Of a stretch of 64,000 nucleotides of DNA, positions 1 through 10,375 are shown piece after piece. The notes below the pieces were generated by a model. The model was not told the origin of the DNA. It ran no database searches and was given only the letters and a program-made list of their open reading frames with translations. Position 1 is the first letter of the stretch; each line of letters opens with the position of its first letter. Source of the DNA: Podarcis tiliguerta (Eukaryota). The stretch is taken from assembly GCA_965153285.1 (NCBI GenBank), contig OZ229111.1. One strand, given 5' to 3'. The position numbers were made by a program, and so were the translations under genes.

Positions 1-351
1 CTGTTCCATCTCAGGCATGTACAGAAACTGACTGGATGGGCAGTTGAATATTACTTCAGCACTAACAACAGGACCGTATCCTCAAGCGCACCTGAGGGCA
101 GCAGACTAGTTTAGGAGATGCCTGACAGGCTCTGATCTTCAACAGCGGGGAATGGCTGGGGGAGGAGGCTGTAGGAGTTCCTGCTGCCCCCCTGCATCTG
201 CAACCAGAAGCAACTGCCTCACTCGACCAAATGGTAGGGCTGACAGTGTTCTTGTCTCGTGGCGCAACAATGCAGATCTGACTGTCTCCTACATTATACT
301 ACACCTCAGATTAAGATGAATTTATTTTCCGTTTAGAGATAATTGCCTGAA

Positions 352-387
352 GAACAGCAGCAGCAGCAACAGCAGCAACAACAACAA
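352..387. repeat. (CAG/CAA)n compound microsatellite
   Basis: aacagcagcagcagcaacagcagcaacaacaacaa. Confidence 0.9.
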
Positions 388-499
388 TTTGTGCCTTCTC
401 TGCAAAGGAGTTTAAAGACTATCCAAACAACTCAATTACAGCTCATTGACTAAATGCTTATGAAGGTTGAAGGCAGACTATATGGGCCAACATGCTCAT

Positions 500-1105
500 T
501 GTCATGCCTAGCCCTGACCTAGTACCAGACACTGAGTCCTCAGACGATGAACAAGATACATCACAGGTAAAGGACCCTGAAGAGCAGGCAACCCCCTCCC
601 ATAACCCGGCGTTGAAGATCCCCTTGAGGAGTCCTCTGGGTTGAAACCTGATGAACTCCTGGAGTTGTCAGGATGGAAGGTGGCCGGCACCAAATGCTTT
701 GGATCCGAACCCAGAGTTGTCAGTCTAATTGTGAGTGAGGGTGAGGTGGGGCTTGCTCATGAGTAAGCAACCTCTGATGTGCCTTCAGTGTGCTTAGGGT
801 GTGGTTCAGGAGGTCAGAGTATGTAAGACCTCATTCTTGAGTCTTGAAAGCATCATACGATATTTGGTTCTTAGTTGCTTTTCTTTTGGTGTGCCTTGTC
901 TGAACTCCCTGTGATACTGATCTTGGAGTGTTGCCTATATCTGTCTCTGGCTCATGTATGGACTTAGATTGATACTCTGTGCTTAACCTGGGTTTGTTTG
1001 GACTGTGCTGCATCCAAAACCCTGCCTGTTTTGGTGAGTACTTTGGATAAGGCTTATCTCCTATAGCTGTGACCCTAGTCCCTTGGGGTATCCTGCAGCA
1101 TCACA
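500..1105. mobile_element. Putative solo LTR (Gypsy/ERV-like)
   Basis: ~600 bp non-coding segment bounded by TG...CA with terminal inverted repeats TGTCATGC / GCATCACA (7 of 8). No TSD is visible because the right end runs into (CA)n. Confidence 0.4.
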
Positions 1106-1124
1106 CACACACACACACACACAC
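1102..1124. repeat. (CA)n microsatellite
   Basis: Direct reading. Confidence 0.9.
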
Positions 1125-1398
1125 AGGCTGGTTTGAGATTCCATTCAATCTCTGTGTGGGGTTTATTGTTTTTGGTAAAATAAATGCACATTTATCATTT
1201 ATTTTGTGTATCTAACTTTACTCAGGAATATGAAGATACTGCATTTTTGAAGTATTTATAATGTAATGTACTGTTTTGTACCTGCATTTTTCTTGTACTT
1301 CCTTGTGCCTGCCCCAGGACATTTTGGGAAAACGAGGCAGGAAATCCTATTGATACAGAAACTTTGCTATCCTGAATTGACAAGCGGAATCTGAGGTC

Positions 1399-1766
1399 AA
1401 AATAAAAATAAAAATAAATTGTCCAGTGGCACTTTATAGACCAAGCAAGTTTGTTCTGGTATAAGCTTTCATGTGCACGCACACTTCTTCAGATACACTG
1501 AAGCAGAAGTCAGCAGACCCTTATATATAGTGGGAGGGTAGTATTCTCAGAAGAGTAGTAGGAGATGGGTGATTGGCTCAATGGGTATGGTAAACCTGTT
1601 GACGACTGTTAACGACTGCAATTAGTCCTACAGGAAAAAGCAAGGGATAGTATGCAGATGACCAAAAATAGCTTTAGCATGTGTAATGAGACAAGAGTCC
1701 AATATCTCTATTCAGACCAGGTCTCTCCATAGTTTTCAGTTTGGTAATAAGTTGTAATTCAGCAAT
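1399..1766 (-). mobile_element. Penelope-like retroelement 3' fragment (GIY-YIG C-terminus plus pLTR region)
   Basis: Minus strand 1766-1674 translates IAELQLITKLKTMERPGLNRDIGLLSHYTC*, carrying the E..I..L.T..P.GLN motif that ends GIY-YIG domains. It is followed by non-coding sequence containing a hammerhead core. Confidence 0.8.
1459..1496 (-). ncRNA. Minimal type I hammerhead ribozyme motif (Penelope pLTR), degenerate
   Basis: Minus strand reads GUAU-CUGAAGA-A-GUGUGCGUGCACAU-GAAA-GC-UU-AUAC: CUGANGA and GAAA cores, helix I GUAU/AUAC, helix II GUGUG/CACAU, palindromic helix III. Confidence 0.75.
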
Positions 1767-2529
1767 AGTCACCTATAGTCTCCAAGCGATTTACCCATGC
1801 AGTTTATCCATTTCTATTGAGAAATATTGTCACACAAATGCCTCATTGGAGGCTGTGCAAAAACACTGGTATTGCTGGGAATATAGTACCAGATTGTATG
1901 GTGGATTCCAGTTGTGATGCAGAGTTGTGTTGCAATCATTTATGTGTGTGACATAAAATACTGTTAGAAATTCTTTCTGACATACCCCTGGCACAAGCGG
2001 GAATTAAAAAAGTGAAGTGTTCCAGTTCTACTACTAAAAGCTGGTTACATCTTTGATCCATCTTCATGAACGCATACTGATCATACTAATATTTTATACT
2101 GCTCTGCCACCATGTGGCTACAAAATGGTATTGTGATGCTTTTTTTAATGTCTGATAGGCTCTTTTTTAAAAAAAGAAAAGAAAAAGAAAAGATGGTAGT
2201 ATGTATAATTGCAAACCTACGTACATTTTTTAAAGGTTTCTTTCCCCCACCCCCAAACCCCCAGCAATTAAAGTTGCATGTGTGTGTTTGTGTATAAAAT
2301 CAGCCCACAACTTAACATCAATGGTTCAAACTTACAAACTCTAAACCTCAGTCAGGAAGATATTTTCATGAGATCTATGGCTAACCAAGAAATCAGTGAG
2401 AGATAAACATCAAAATACCATATATACTTCTGAACATTTTCTTATAACAAACTTATGAAAAATGTTTTTCAAATATTTGTGCATTTACAGGATGTGGTGT
2501 TTCCATAAGGTGTGCCAAACTGCAGAAGA

Positions 2530-2762
2530 CTCACCAAAGACTCCTAAGTAAGTTTAGGAGTCAAAGAATAAGAGTGGTCCTCTTGTGGATCAGGAATTAG
2601 TTAGGGTGCAAGAAGAATAGGAATAAATGGATAGTTCTCTGAATGGAGAGTAAAAACTGGAGTCCCTCAAGGATCGGATCAGAACTGTACTTTTTAACTT
2701 GTTCATAAACGAGTGAGCAGCAGTGAGGTGGCCAAGTTTGCTGATAATGCTAAATTGTTCAG
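2530..2762 (+). mobile_element. Degenerate CR1 LINE reverse-transcriptase fragment
   Basis: Frameshifted RT motifs: HQRLLSK, GING.FSEWR, TGVPQGS, VLFNLFIN, SEVAKFADNAKLF. Confidence 0.75.
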
Positions 2763-3479
2763 TCGTTAGCATTATATTGTCACGGGCTGTTTTTATCATT
2801 TTGGACAGAGCTGAAACATTACTCCTCTCATACAGTGGGATGTGTTTAGTGATCCACTGGGCACCCAAATGAGGACAGGTTCTCCTTGCATTCCTGTAGA
2901 GTGGGGAAATCCAGGGCATGGGGGAGGGGAGTTTTTTAAAAATACACTCCAGATCCACCCCAAAGCAGCTGAAGGCTGCAAATGAATACTGTCATCATGC
3001 TACCATGGAATGTTGACTGCAGAGAGCTTTGCACAAGCTTCGCTGTTGCAACAGCTGTAACTGGGAGTTAAGCTGCCAGGAACCAAATAAGACTGCTGCT
3101 GGCTTCCTTTCAGCCCTAGGGTCTAAACTCTAGGGATGGAATTGGTTGGGAGGATGTAAGCGATCAATCAATCAATCAATCCATGACATCCCAGGATCCT
3201 TTTAAACAGCAAGGTGTAATACAGTGTAAAGGGATGCTTTAGGTTTACGTAAATTTTACTGACACCCAGGCAGGCTTTTTGTCATCCTCAGTGCTCTGAA
3301 ATCCCCAGAGCAGTCACATAGGTTTTAATCCTACTGCTGTGTTTGTGCACTTGCAGTTATCTGGCAGATTGGACACATCTAACTTTAGGCATTACAGTAT
3401 ATTAAGACGCTCCAGTACAAAGGCAGCCTTCCTTCTCTAATTTCCTAGGGAGAGGTTGGAGGCAGTGATGATCATCAAT

Positions 3480-3695
3480 TTGAATGGCTTTAATAGGCCA
3501 TGGTGACTAGCTACGGTGCCTATGCTCTTGTCTCCATGACGGGAGGCAGTAATGCTTGTTGCTGGAAATAGGAGAGGCAAGTGCTCTTGTGCTCGAATCC
3601 TGCTTGTTGCAGGTTTCCCACGGGCAACTAGTTCAGCCACTGTTGAGAACAGTTTGCTGGACCGGGTGGGCCTGACCTAGCAGGCTCTTCTTTAT
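3480..3695 (+). mobile_element. CR1-type 3'UTR fragment
   Basis: ccactgttgagaacagtttgctggac...agcaggctcttcttt matches the squamate CR1 3' end. A related inverted copy lies at 29242-29421. Confidence 0.65.
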
Positions 3696-3699
3696 TAAG

Positions 3700-4663
3700 T
3701 TTCAGCGCACCGCACACGCGGTGTGTGTACGTGTGAGGACACGCATAGACATACGCCAGCAGCTAGCAGAAGCGCCGTCAGAAACGAAGAGCATGGTGAA
3801 CAGATTTCCACGTGGAAACCTGTACCCGGCACGACCTTTGTGCCTCCCTCTGTGGTTGCGTGTGGCGGAGGAAGCTATTATTCGGAACCCGGTGCATTCG
3901 CTTCAACGGCACCGTTATAACCTCGCCTCTTCGATGCTGCCGAGAACGAGGCGTCGTTGGTTGCACTCGCTCGGCTTTTCAAACCAGTTCTGCGCTCTCT
4001 ACCCGCCCCCAACCGGCAGAGGCCCCAGAGGGAAAGCGCGCGCTAGCAAGCGGGAATGCCCATTGGCTGTTGGCTTTGAACGCCGCCGTATTAGCGCGCG
4101 GCTTCTCTCTCTTCCCTGCTTCCCCTTCGGCACGAGGCCGTCTTAAGATCGGAACGCGATAGGTGCTTTGGGACGTCACTCACGGGCCTTTTCAGCAGCT
4201 TACTTTTAAAAAGCTCCCCCTTCCCCGGCAAAACCTTGTGGTGGTAAAAAAAAAACCCCAAAACAAAGAACCCCTCCCGATTGGCTCTCAGAGCTGTCAT
4301 TCAACAAAGTGACGCAAAAGACGGCGACAGTTCTTTGCCTCATTTGGCACAAGGGGAAACGGAGGGGTGGGGGCGTGCCTCGCGCTTCCAAGGTGGGCGT
4401 GGCCACCCGCCGTTTCCTTTGTGTGTGGGCCTCAGTCGCCGGCTGCGAGCGCGCCTAAGGAGGAGTGGAAGCCGCCATTTTGTGCGTTTTCCTTTTCCCC
4501 ACCCCCTTTTTTCCCCGTTCTCTACCGGTGGAAGCCTAGGCCTTCGGGTGGCCCTCCGAACGGACCTCGTAGCGCACCCGCCGGTGTACTGGTAGGCTGC
4601 AGCTGCCCCCTACCGGCGGCAGCGGCGAGGAGGAGGCGGCGTGTGGCGGGCCGCGGCTCCGGC
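3700..4663 (+). promoter_or_regulatory. CpG-island promoter and 5'UTR of HNRNPA0
   Basis: High CpG density continuing through the CDS. Palindromic E-box TTTCCACGTGGAAA (3805-3818), CRE-like GACGTCAC (~4172), inverted CCAAT boxes (~4063, ~4280), GC boxes (4364-4403), YY1 motif GCCGCCATTTTG (4471-4482). Confidence 0.85.
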
Positions 4664-5581
4664 ATGGAAAACTCCCAGCTATGTAAGCTGTTCATTGGCG
4701 GGCTGAACGTGCAGACGACGGAGGCCGGGCTGCGGGAGCACTTCGCGGCCTACGGGACCCTGACTGACTGCGTGGTGGTGCTGAACCCGCAGACCAAGCG
4801 CTCCCGATGCTTCGGCTTCGTCACGTACTCGGCGGTCGAGGAGGCCGACGCCGCCATGGCAGCTTCTCCGCACGCGGTGGACGGCAACGCCGTGGAGCTG
4901 AAGCGGGCCGTCTCCCGCGAGGACTCGGCCCGGCCGGGGGCGCACGCGAAGGTGAAGAAGCTCTTCGTCGGAGGCCTCAAGGGGGACCTGGCCGAGAACG
5001 ACCTGGTGGAGCACTTCAGCCAGTTCGGCCCCGTGGAGAAAGCCGAGATCATCTCCAACAAGCAGAGCGGCAAGAAGCGCGGCTTCGGCTTCGTCTACTT
5101 CCAGAACCACGACGCCGCCGACAAGGCCGCTGTGGTCAAGTTCCACCCCATCCAGGGCCACCGCGTGGAGGTCAAGAAGGCCGTGCCTAAGGAAGACATC
5201 CAGGGCGGCGGCGGCGGGGGCTCCTCCAGGTCGAGCTGGGGCGGACGGGGGCGAGGAAGGGGAGGCGGAGGCAACCGAGACCACAACGGGCTCTCCAAAG
5301 GAGGCGGCGGCGGCTATAACAGTTATGGTGGCTACGGCGGAGGAGGCGGCGGCGGGGGCTACGGATCCTACGGAGGAGGCTCATACGGTGGAGGTGCCGG
5401 CGGCGGCGATTACGGCAACGGGTACGGCGGCTTCGGCAGCTACAGCCAGCACCAGTCTTCCTACGGCCCCATGAAGAGCGGCGGCGCGGGGGGCGGAGGG
5501 GGCGGCGGCTGGGGCCCCCGCAGTAACAGTGGACCATACAGAGGCGGTTATGGCGGGGGAGGTTACGGCGGCTCCTTCTAA
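4664..5581 (+). CDS. HNRNPA0: Heterogeneous nuclear ribonucleoprotein A0, intronless, 305 aa
   Basis: Starts [14 protein letters not shown] in a strong Kozak context (ggcATGg). Two RRMs (RNP1 RCFGFVTY and RGFGFVYF), KRAVS84RED MK2 site, Gly/Tyr-rich tail with SYGPMKS. Adjacent to KLHL3 as in other amniotes. Confidence 0.98.
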   Translation: MENSQLCKLFIGGLNVQTTEAGLREHFAAYGTLTDCVVVLNPQTKRSRCFGFVTYSAVEEADAAMAASPHAVDGNAVELKRAVSREDSARPGAHAKVKKLFVGGLKGDLAENDLVEHFSQFGPVEKAEIISNKQSGKKRGFGFVYFQNHDAADKAAVVKFHPIQGHRVEVKKAVPKEDIQGGGGGGSSRSSWGGRGRGRGGGGNRDHNGLSKGGGGGYNSYGGYGGGGGGGGYGSYGGGSYGGGAGGGDYGNGYGGFGSYSQHQSSYGPMKSGGAGGGGGGGWGPRSNSGPYRGGYGGGGYGGSF

Positions 5582-6045
5582 GCGGGAAATGCCCATTACT
5601 GTTCTGGGGGTGTCGGTTTTGTCTGCATGGAGTATGCCCTCTGTTGTACCGGGCCAGGTTCTTAATAGTTCCCCTACTCTTCGCCCTAAGGGGGCACCTC
5701 CGTACGAAAAGGCTTCCGTGATGCGGAGCTGCTCTCGAATTATTCTTGTTGGAGTCGCTCTGCTGCCTGTTTCACTTCTTTCCGAAGATGGACTGGGCCT
5801 CACACACAACGATTTTGTGTTAGTCATTGATGGACTCTATTTTTTTATTGCTTGGACATTGGTCGTTTTTATACTAGGAATAAGATACCGTTTTAATTTT
5901 GGTTTATTTGGGGTTGGGCGGGAGAGGGGAATTAACTTTGTAAGGACTTGGATACCTACACATTTTTTTCTACAAAATCTGCTCTGCTCCCGTGGCTGTA
6001 AAGGGGGAGGGGGGAGAGAAATGGTTTTTACATTTTTATTTTTTA

Positions 6046-6051
6046 AATAAA
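6046..6051 (+). terminator. Proximal polyadenylation signal of HNRNPA0
   Basis: AATAAA with U-rich upstream and GU/U-rich downstream sequence. Further AATAAA at 6988 and 7373. Confidence 0.6.
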
Positions 6052-9000
6052 TCATTGTGTTCATTGACCTTTACATGTCTTTTTTCCTAGGGTTCATTCC
6101 ATACAGTTCAAGCAAAGGCTTTTTTAGTCGAACAAGTTATTTCTGCTCAGATTTCTACATGTGTTTCTAGTAAAGGTCTCAACTTTTTTGCTGCCCCACT
6201 AGATTGGATTTAATACTTAAGAGATATGCACCAATTTTTGAAATGCCCACGGGTGGATGTAGTCAGTTAAAATACTTTATTGTACATCCACTGTTTTGTA
6301 ATTGGGCAGTTGCCTTGCTGACACAGTTAGTCTGTTTTTTGTACAGGTTGTTCTCCATCAACATATGTCGTTCTGACACATTTAGAGCATGTGCTTTTTC
6401 ATATAAGTGTTCAAATTTTCAGATTGCTCAGTTTCACATTGTGTTATTTATTGGCTTGCCTGTAAACGACCCATTATAGGGGAGGATGCTTTCTCTTCTG
6501 TTAAAAGTACTTTGTTTGCATAGTGAAGTCATTTCAACTGAATTCTGTCTTGTTCTTATTTAAAGGAGCCAAGAATCTTGTAGAGCACCACCTGCTGGCA
6601 GAATAGTTGACCATTGCTATAAGCTTTACTACAACAGACCAAAACTGCTCTCAAATATATAGACACTTAGTCCTTTAAATTGCAAAGGTCAAATCTGCAT
6701 GCCAACAAAAATCCTGGACATTGGCTGAAAAGAAATACATCTGACATACCCATAAGTAAATTTATTGATTAAATAATTAAATTGCCCAGTCTTCAAATTT
6801 TGTGCTAGGTGATTGATAAATGAGCCAGTAACCTAGGTGCCAGTTGTAAATCAAAATCTCTGTAGTCTGCTTGATGTATTTGTAGCCCTTTCACACAGTA
6901 GAATTGAAGTTTGTTGTTCTATTAGCAATGTTCTAGAGAGAAACTGCCTTCCTCAATAGAAATATAGACTAGTTATGGATTATTGCAAATAAAGAATTGA
7001 ATTCTTCACATGCTTCAGTGAGTATGTATGAAATGGCTAAAATGTTCCTGTTTTAAAAATATTCAGACTTCAACCAAAGTCTTATGGCCTTCTCTAAACT
7101 ACTTTGCTTTTGAACTGCTGGCTCAAACTTTTACATAGGACTTAGCTCCTGAAACAAGCTAGATGGCATTTGGTCAAAAAAACTTTCAGTCAGGTTTGAG
7201 TTAGTAATTTCTACTAGGTTTTTATAGTGGTTGAAGTAGATTTGCATTGGTTATTGCCTTGGAGAAAGTTCGTGGCTACTTATTCAGTTGAAGACATCTG
7301 AAAGAACATGTTCAATTAGTTAATGTAGTTTGCTCTAGAAGTACAAACAGTTACATCAAGTGACTGTACAACAATAAACTGGATTGACTTAATAACTCTT
7401 GGTTTAGATGCATAAAAGCACACAGCTGGTCAGTTACCATGTGTTAAGTTACCAACTTAAAAAGCAGTGAGACATCAGTTCTTAAACATTTTATAGCATG
7501 TTAATGCTTTTCCTTCACAGAAAACACAAAAAAGTGGTTTGTGGCTTTATAGCTCATGCACCTATAGCAGAATAATATTTTAAATCAATTACTACATGTT
7601 CTGTATGCAGGTCTTTCACAGCAGTGTGTTTTTCTTTATTTGGAAAAAAAACCCCTCAGTCCTCTGAAAGGCAGAAACAGTTATGCTGTCTCAGAAAAAT
7701 GGGCTAAGACACCTTAAAGCAAAACGGGCTCCACTTTTTAAAATATTAGGTATTCTCAATTTTTTTTTGTTCTCATTCCTTACAAGGAAGATAAGAAAGG
7801 TCATGCAGATAGGGCTGACCTCTGAGTGTTCCAACAAAATGCCTAGAACAGCTTTTTTGTATAGCTTCTGTCTGTAATTGTGGTGGTCTGATCTCTGCTT
7901 TTCAAAGGCTTAAAAGAAAAGTTGGCATCCAAAACTTAGTAAGTTATGGACTTAATATTAAGAAAATGCTGAAGATGCCAGGAATGAAAGGTGAGAACAA
8001 TCCAATGAGGAACTGGGAATGCTTTTTACAAACACAACATGTAGTGGGGTGGCATTTTGGATTCCCTTTGCCAGCCATATTTTCAGTAGTTGGGTAGTAA
8101 TGCTCGAGTATGCATGTCTAGAGGAATTAATGATGCAATAATACAGCATCTGATAATCGGGAATATTGTGATCAGACTCTTACGGGAGTGAATACCAAAC
8201 TAGTAGTGGTAACATCTCTGGTAGTGACTATATATGGTGCTAGTCCCTTCATGCTGCTTTGTGTAATACTTTGGTAGTCTAGTCTTTAGCACTAAAGCTT
8301 TATTGTTTATAAGCTGCAGCATGATTATGTATATTCCTCTTAAAAGGAAAATGCTGGTGGTATACCACTGTTTGTTAACAGTTATAAAAATGGGTGTATG
8401 CTGCCCATAAAGTTTTCTTTAGCTGCCATTGAATACTTTCAAGTGATCTGCTGTAAGAGAGTGTGCCATATGTTGTAAACAGTAAAAGCTGAAGGCTGAA
8501 AGTGCCTGATGCAAAAAAGAGGCCAGTTTCAATTTCAATAGGTTGACTACCAGCACTTCTGAGTCCTGAAACTAAAGCATTCCTGTATATGGAGAAATGT
8601 AGAAATGATCCAATACTTTACAGTTCAGTACTGTTCTGTTAAGACCAGTGTATCTTGTGTCATCCCCACCCCCGTTCAACTGAGTTTCCCTTGGCAGAGT
8701 TTAAGAACAGAAGCTGTGTGCCAAGCTCCAATACATGTAATGTAGGTCTAGGTCTAATTAAAGTGCAGTATGTTAACAATCTTGGGCAATTTCTAACTGC
8801 TGTCTAAATTCTATAGTGTTTTTTACATCATGGTTCTAATTATACACATGCCAGATACGGTGAATACATTGGATGAAAGAAGCAACTATAGTACTCTGAT
8901 CCCACCCCCTTTGCAGTAACTGATACCTACATAAGAGTGCAGTATTGGAGACCCAAGATTCTGATATGGATTAATAATGGTAGTAGTTTACCTTAACCTG

Positions 9001-10375
9001 TGCTTTATATGTGGGATCACAAAATTGGAAACCTGCTTGTTTTAATGTTCACTGAGATGTCACATTTAAAGATAAGAGTGGGGGGGTTTTGCTGAAATGA
9101 GGGCTGGAGGCTTAGTTGCTCATGAGTTTGAACAGTCGGTCTAATGAGTGATTAACTTGGTGAAGTGGAAATAAATTTCAACCCTGTGCTTTTATTTTTA
9201 GCCTCATAATTCACTGCCTACTATCTGGTCAATTAGAATCATCATTGTGTCTAGAGATGCCTGCTTTCTCTCCCCCTTCATATATCAGCTGTATATGAAA
9301 GGAAATGAACACAGGCAAAATTAAGCTTGATGTGAATATGTTGGCTTGAAACAACTTGTGCGCTTAAATTCTACAATTCAGTTTCTAAAACATTTAAACT
9401 TTTGATATTTGGTGGTCTTCGTGCATTGTCTTGTCTTCGCCGCTCTGGCTGCTTCACATATTGGCAGACTGTTTCTCCATAGATCCTCTGTGTTTTCTTT
9501 GGATTAGATCTAGCCCTGGAGTCTCAATTTTGTCTCTTACATGTTTACATGAATGGAAGAGGGACCTTGAACTCTCCCCCCAGCTTTCTTGGGATAGATA
9601 TGCTGAAAAGCTCTCGGTCAACAATGCAGATTGTGACACATTTCATGCAAGATGCTGTAATCCCATACATCTTGTCATGCCACCCTGAAGGAAAGGTATG
9701 GTTTTAGTTCAGAAGCTGAAATTTTAGTAAGCAGGTGTATTAGAAATAATTTATACACCATACATCTAAATGAGCTGTGAGATTAAACATACTATTTATC
9801 ACATATGGTTAACAGGGCCTCTTCTGAGTATTCACATTTTATATATAACATTAACAACAATTTAAGATGGTGTTCACATGTAGTGTGTGCTTATAAAAGC
9901 AAATGAGAGGAATGCTTAATAACTAAGCTTGTTCTCAGTGTTTGGTAAAAATAACTAACTGAGGTTTTTTTAACCTAAACTTGATGGTGATTTACACATG
10001 CATGTTCATTACTTAGTGATTTTCATTGTGAAGGAGCCATGAGATCAAATATCAGAAGTTAAGCTGAGAGATACTAAGTTAAGGTCATCAGCAATGGTGG
10101 ACTTGAATTGACTGTTTCTACAACCAACTAACCTTTTTAATGCTCTGTATCATGGATCTTACCAAATTTATCATTGTTCTTAACTGCTGAAAATGCTAAA
10201 GAATTACTTGGGATTAATTATAATTGGTCTGTGCTCAGTTGTGTGGTGCTTATTCATACAAGTAACCTTAACTGCTTGGAAAAGCATCTGGTTTACTATC
10301 AGTTTTAATTTCTGAGGGCATAGATCTGCAGGGAAAGGTGAGTTCTAGTCAGAGTTCATTTAAAAGAAGCAAACA

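Noticed and set aside
4367-4663. 404-aa version of HNRNPA0 from the ORF track
   Set aside because: It starts at a GTG inside promoter GC boxes, probably upstream of the TSS. The conserved start is the ATG at 4664.
3721-6050. Many overlapping and antisense ORFs around HNRNPA0
   Set aside because: Expected from stop-codon scarcity in a CpG island; no recognisable domains
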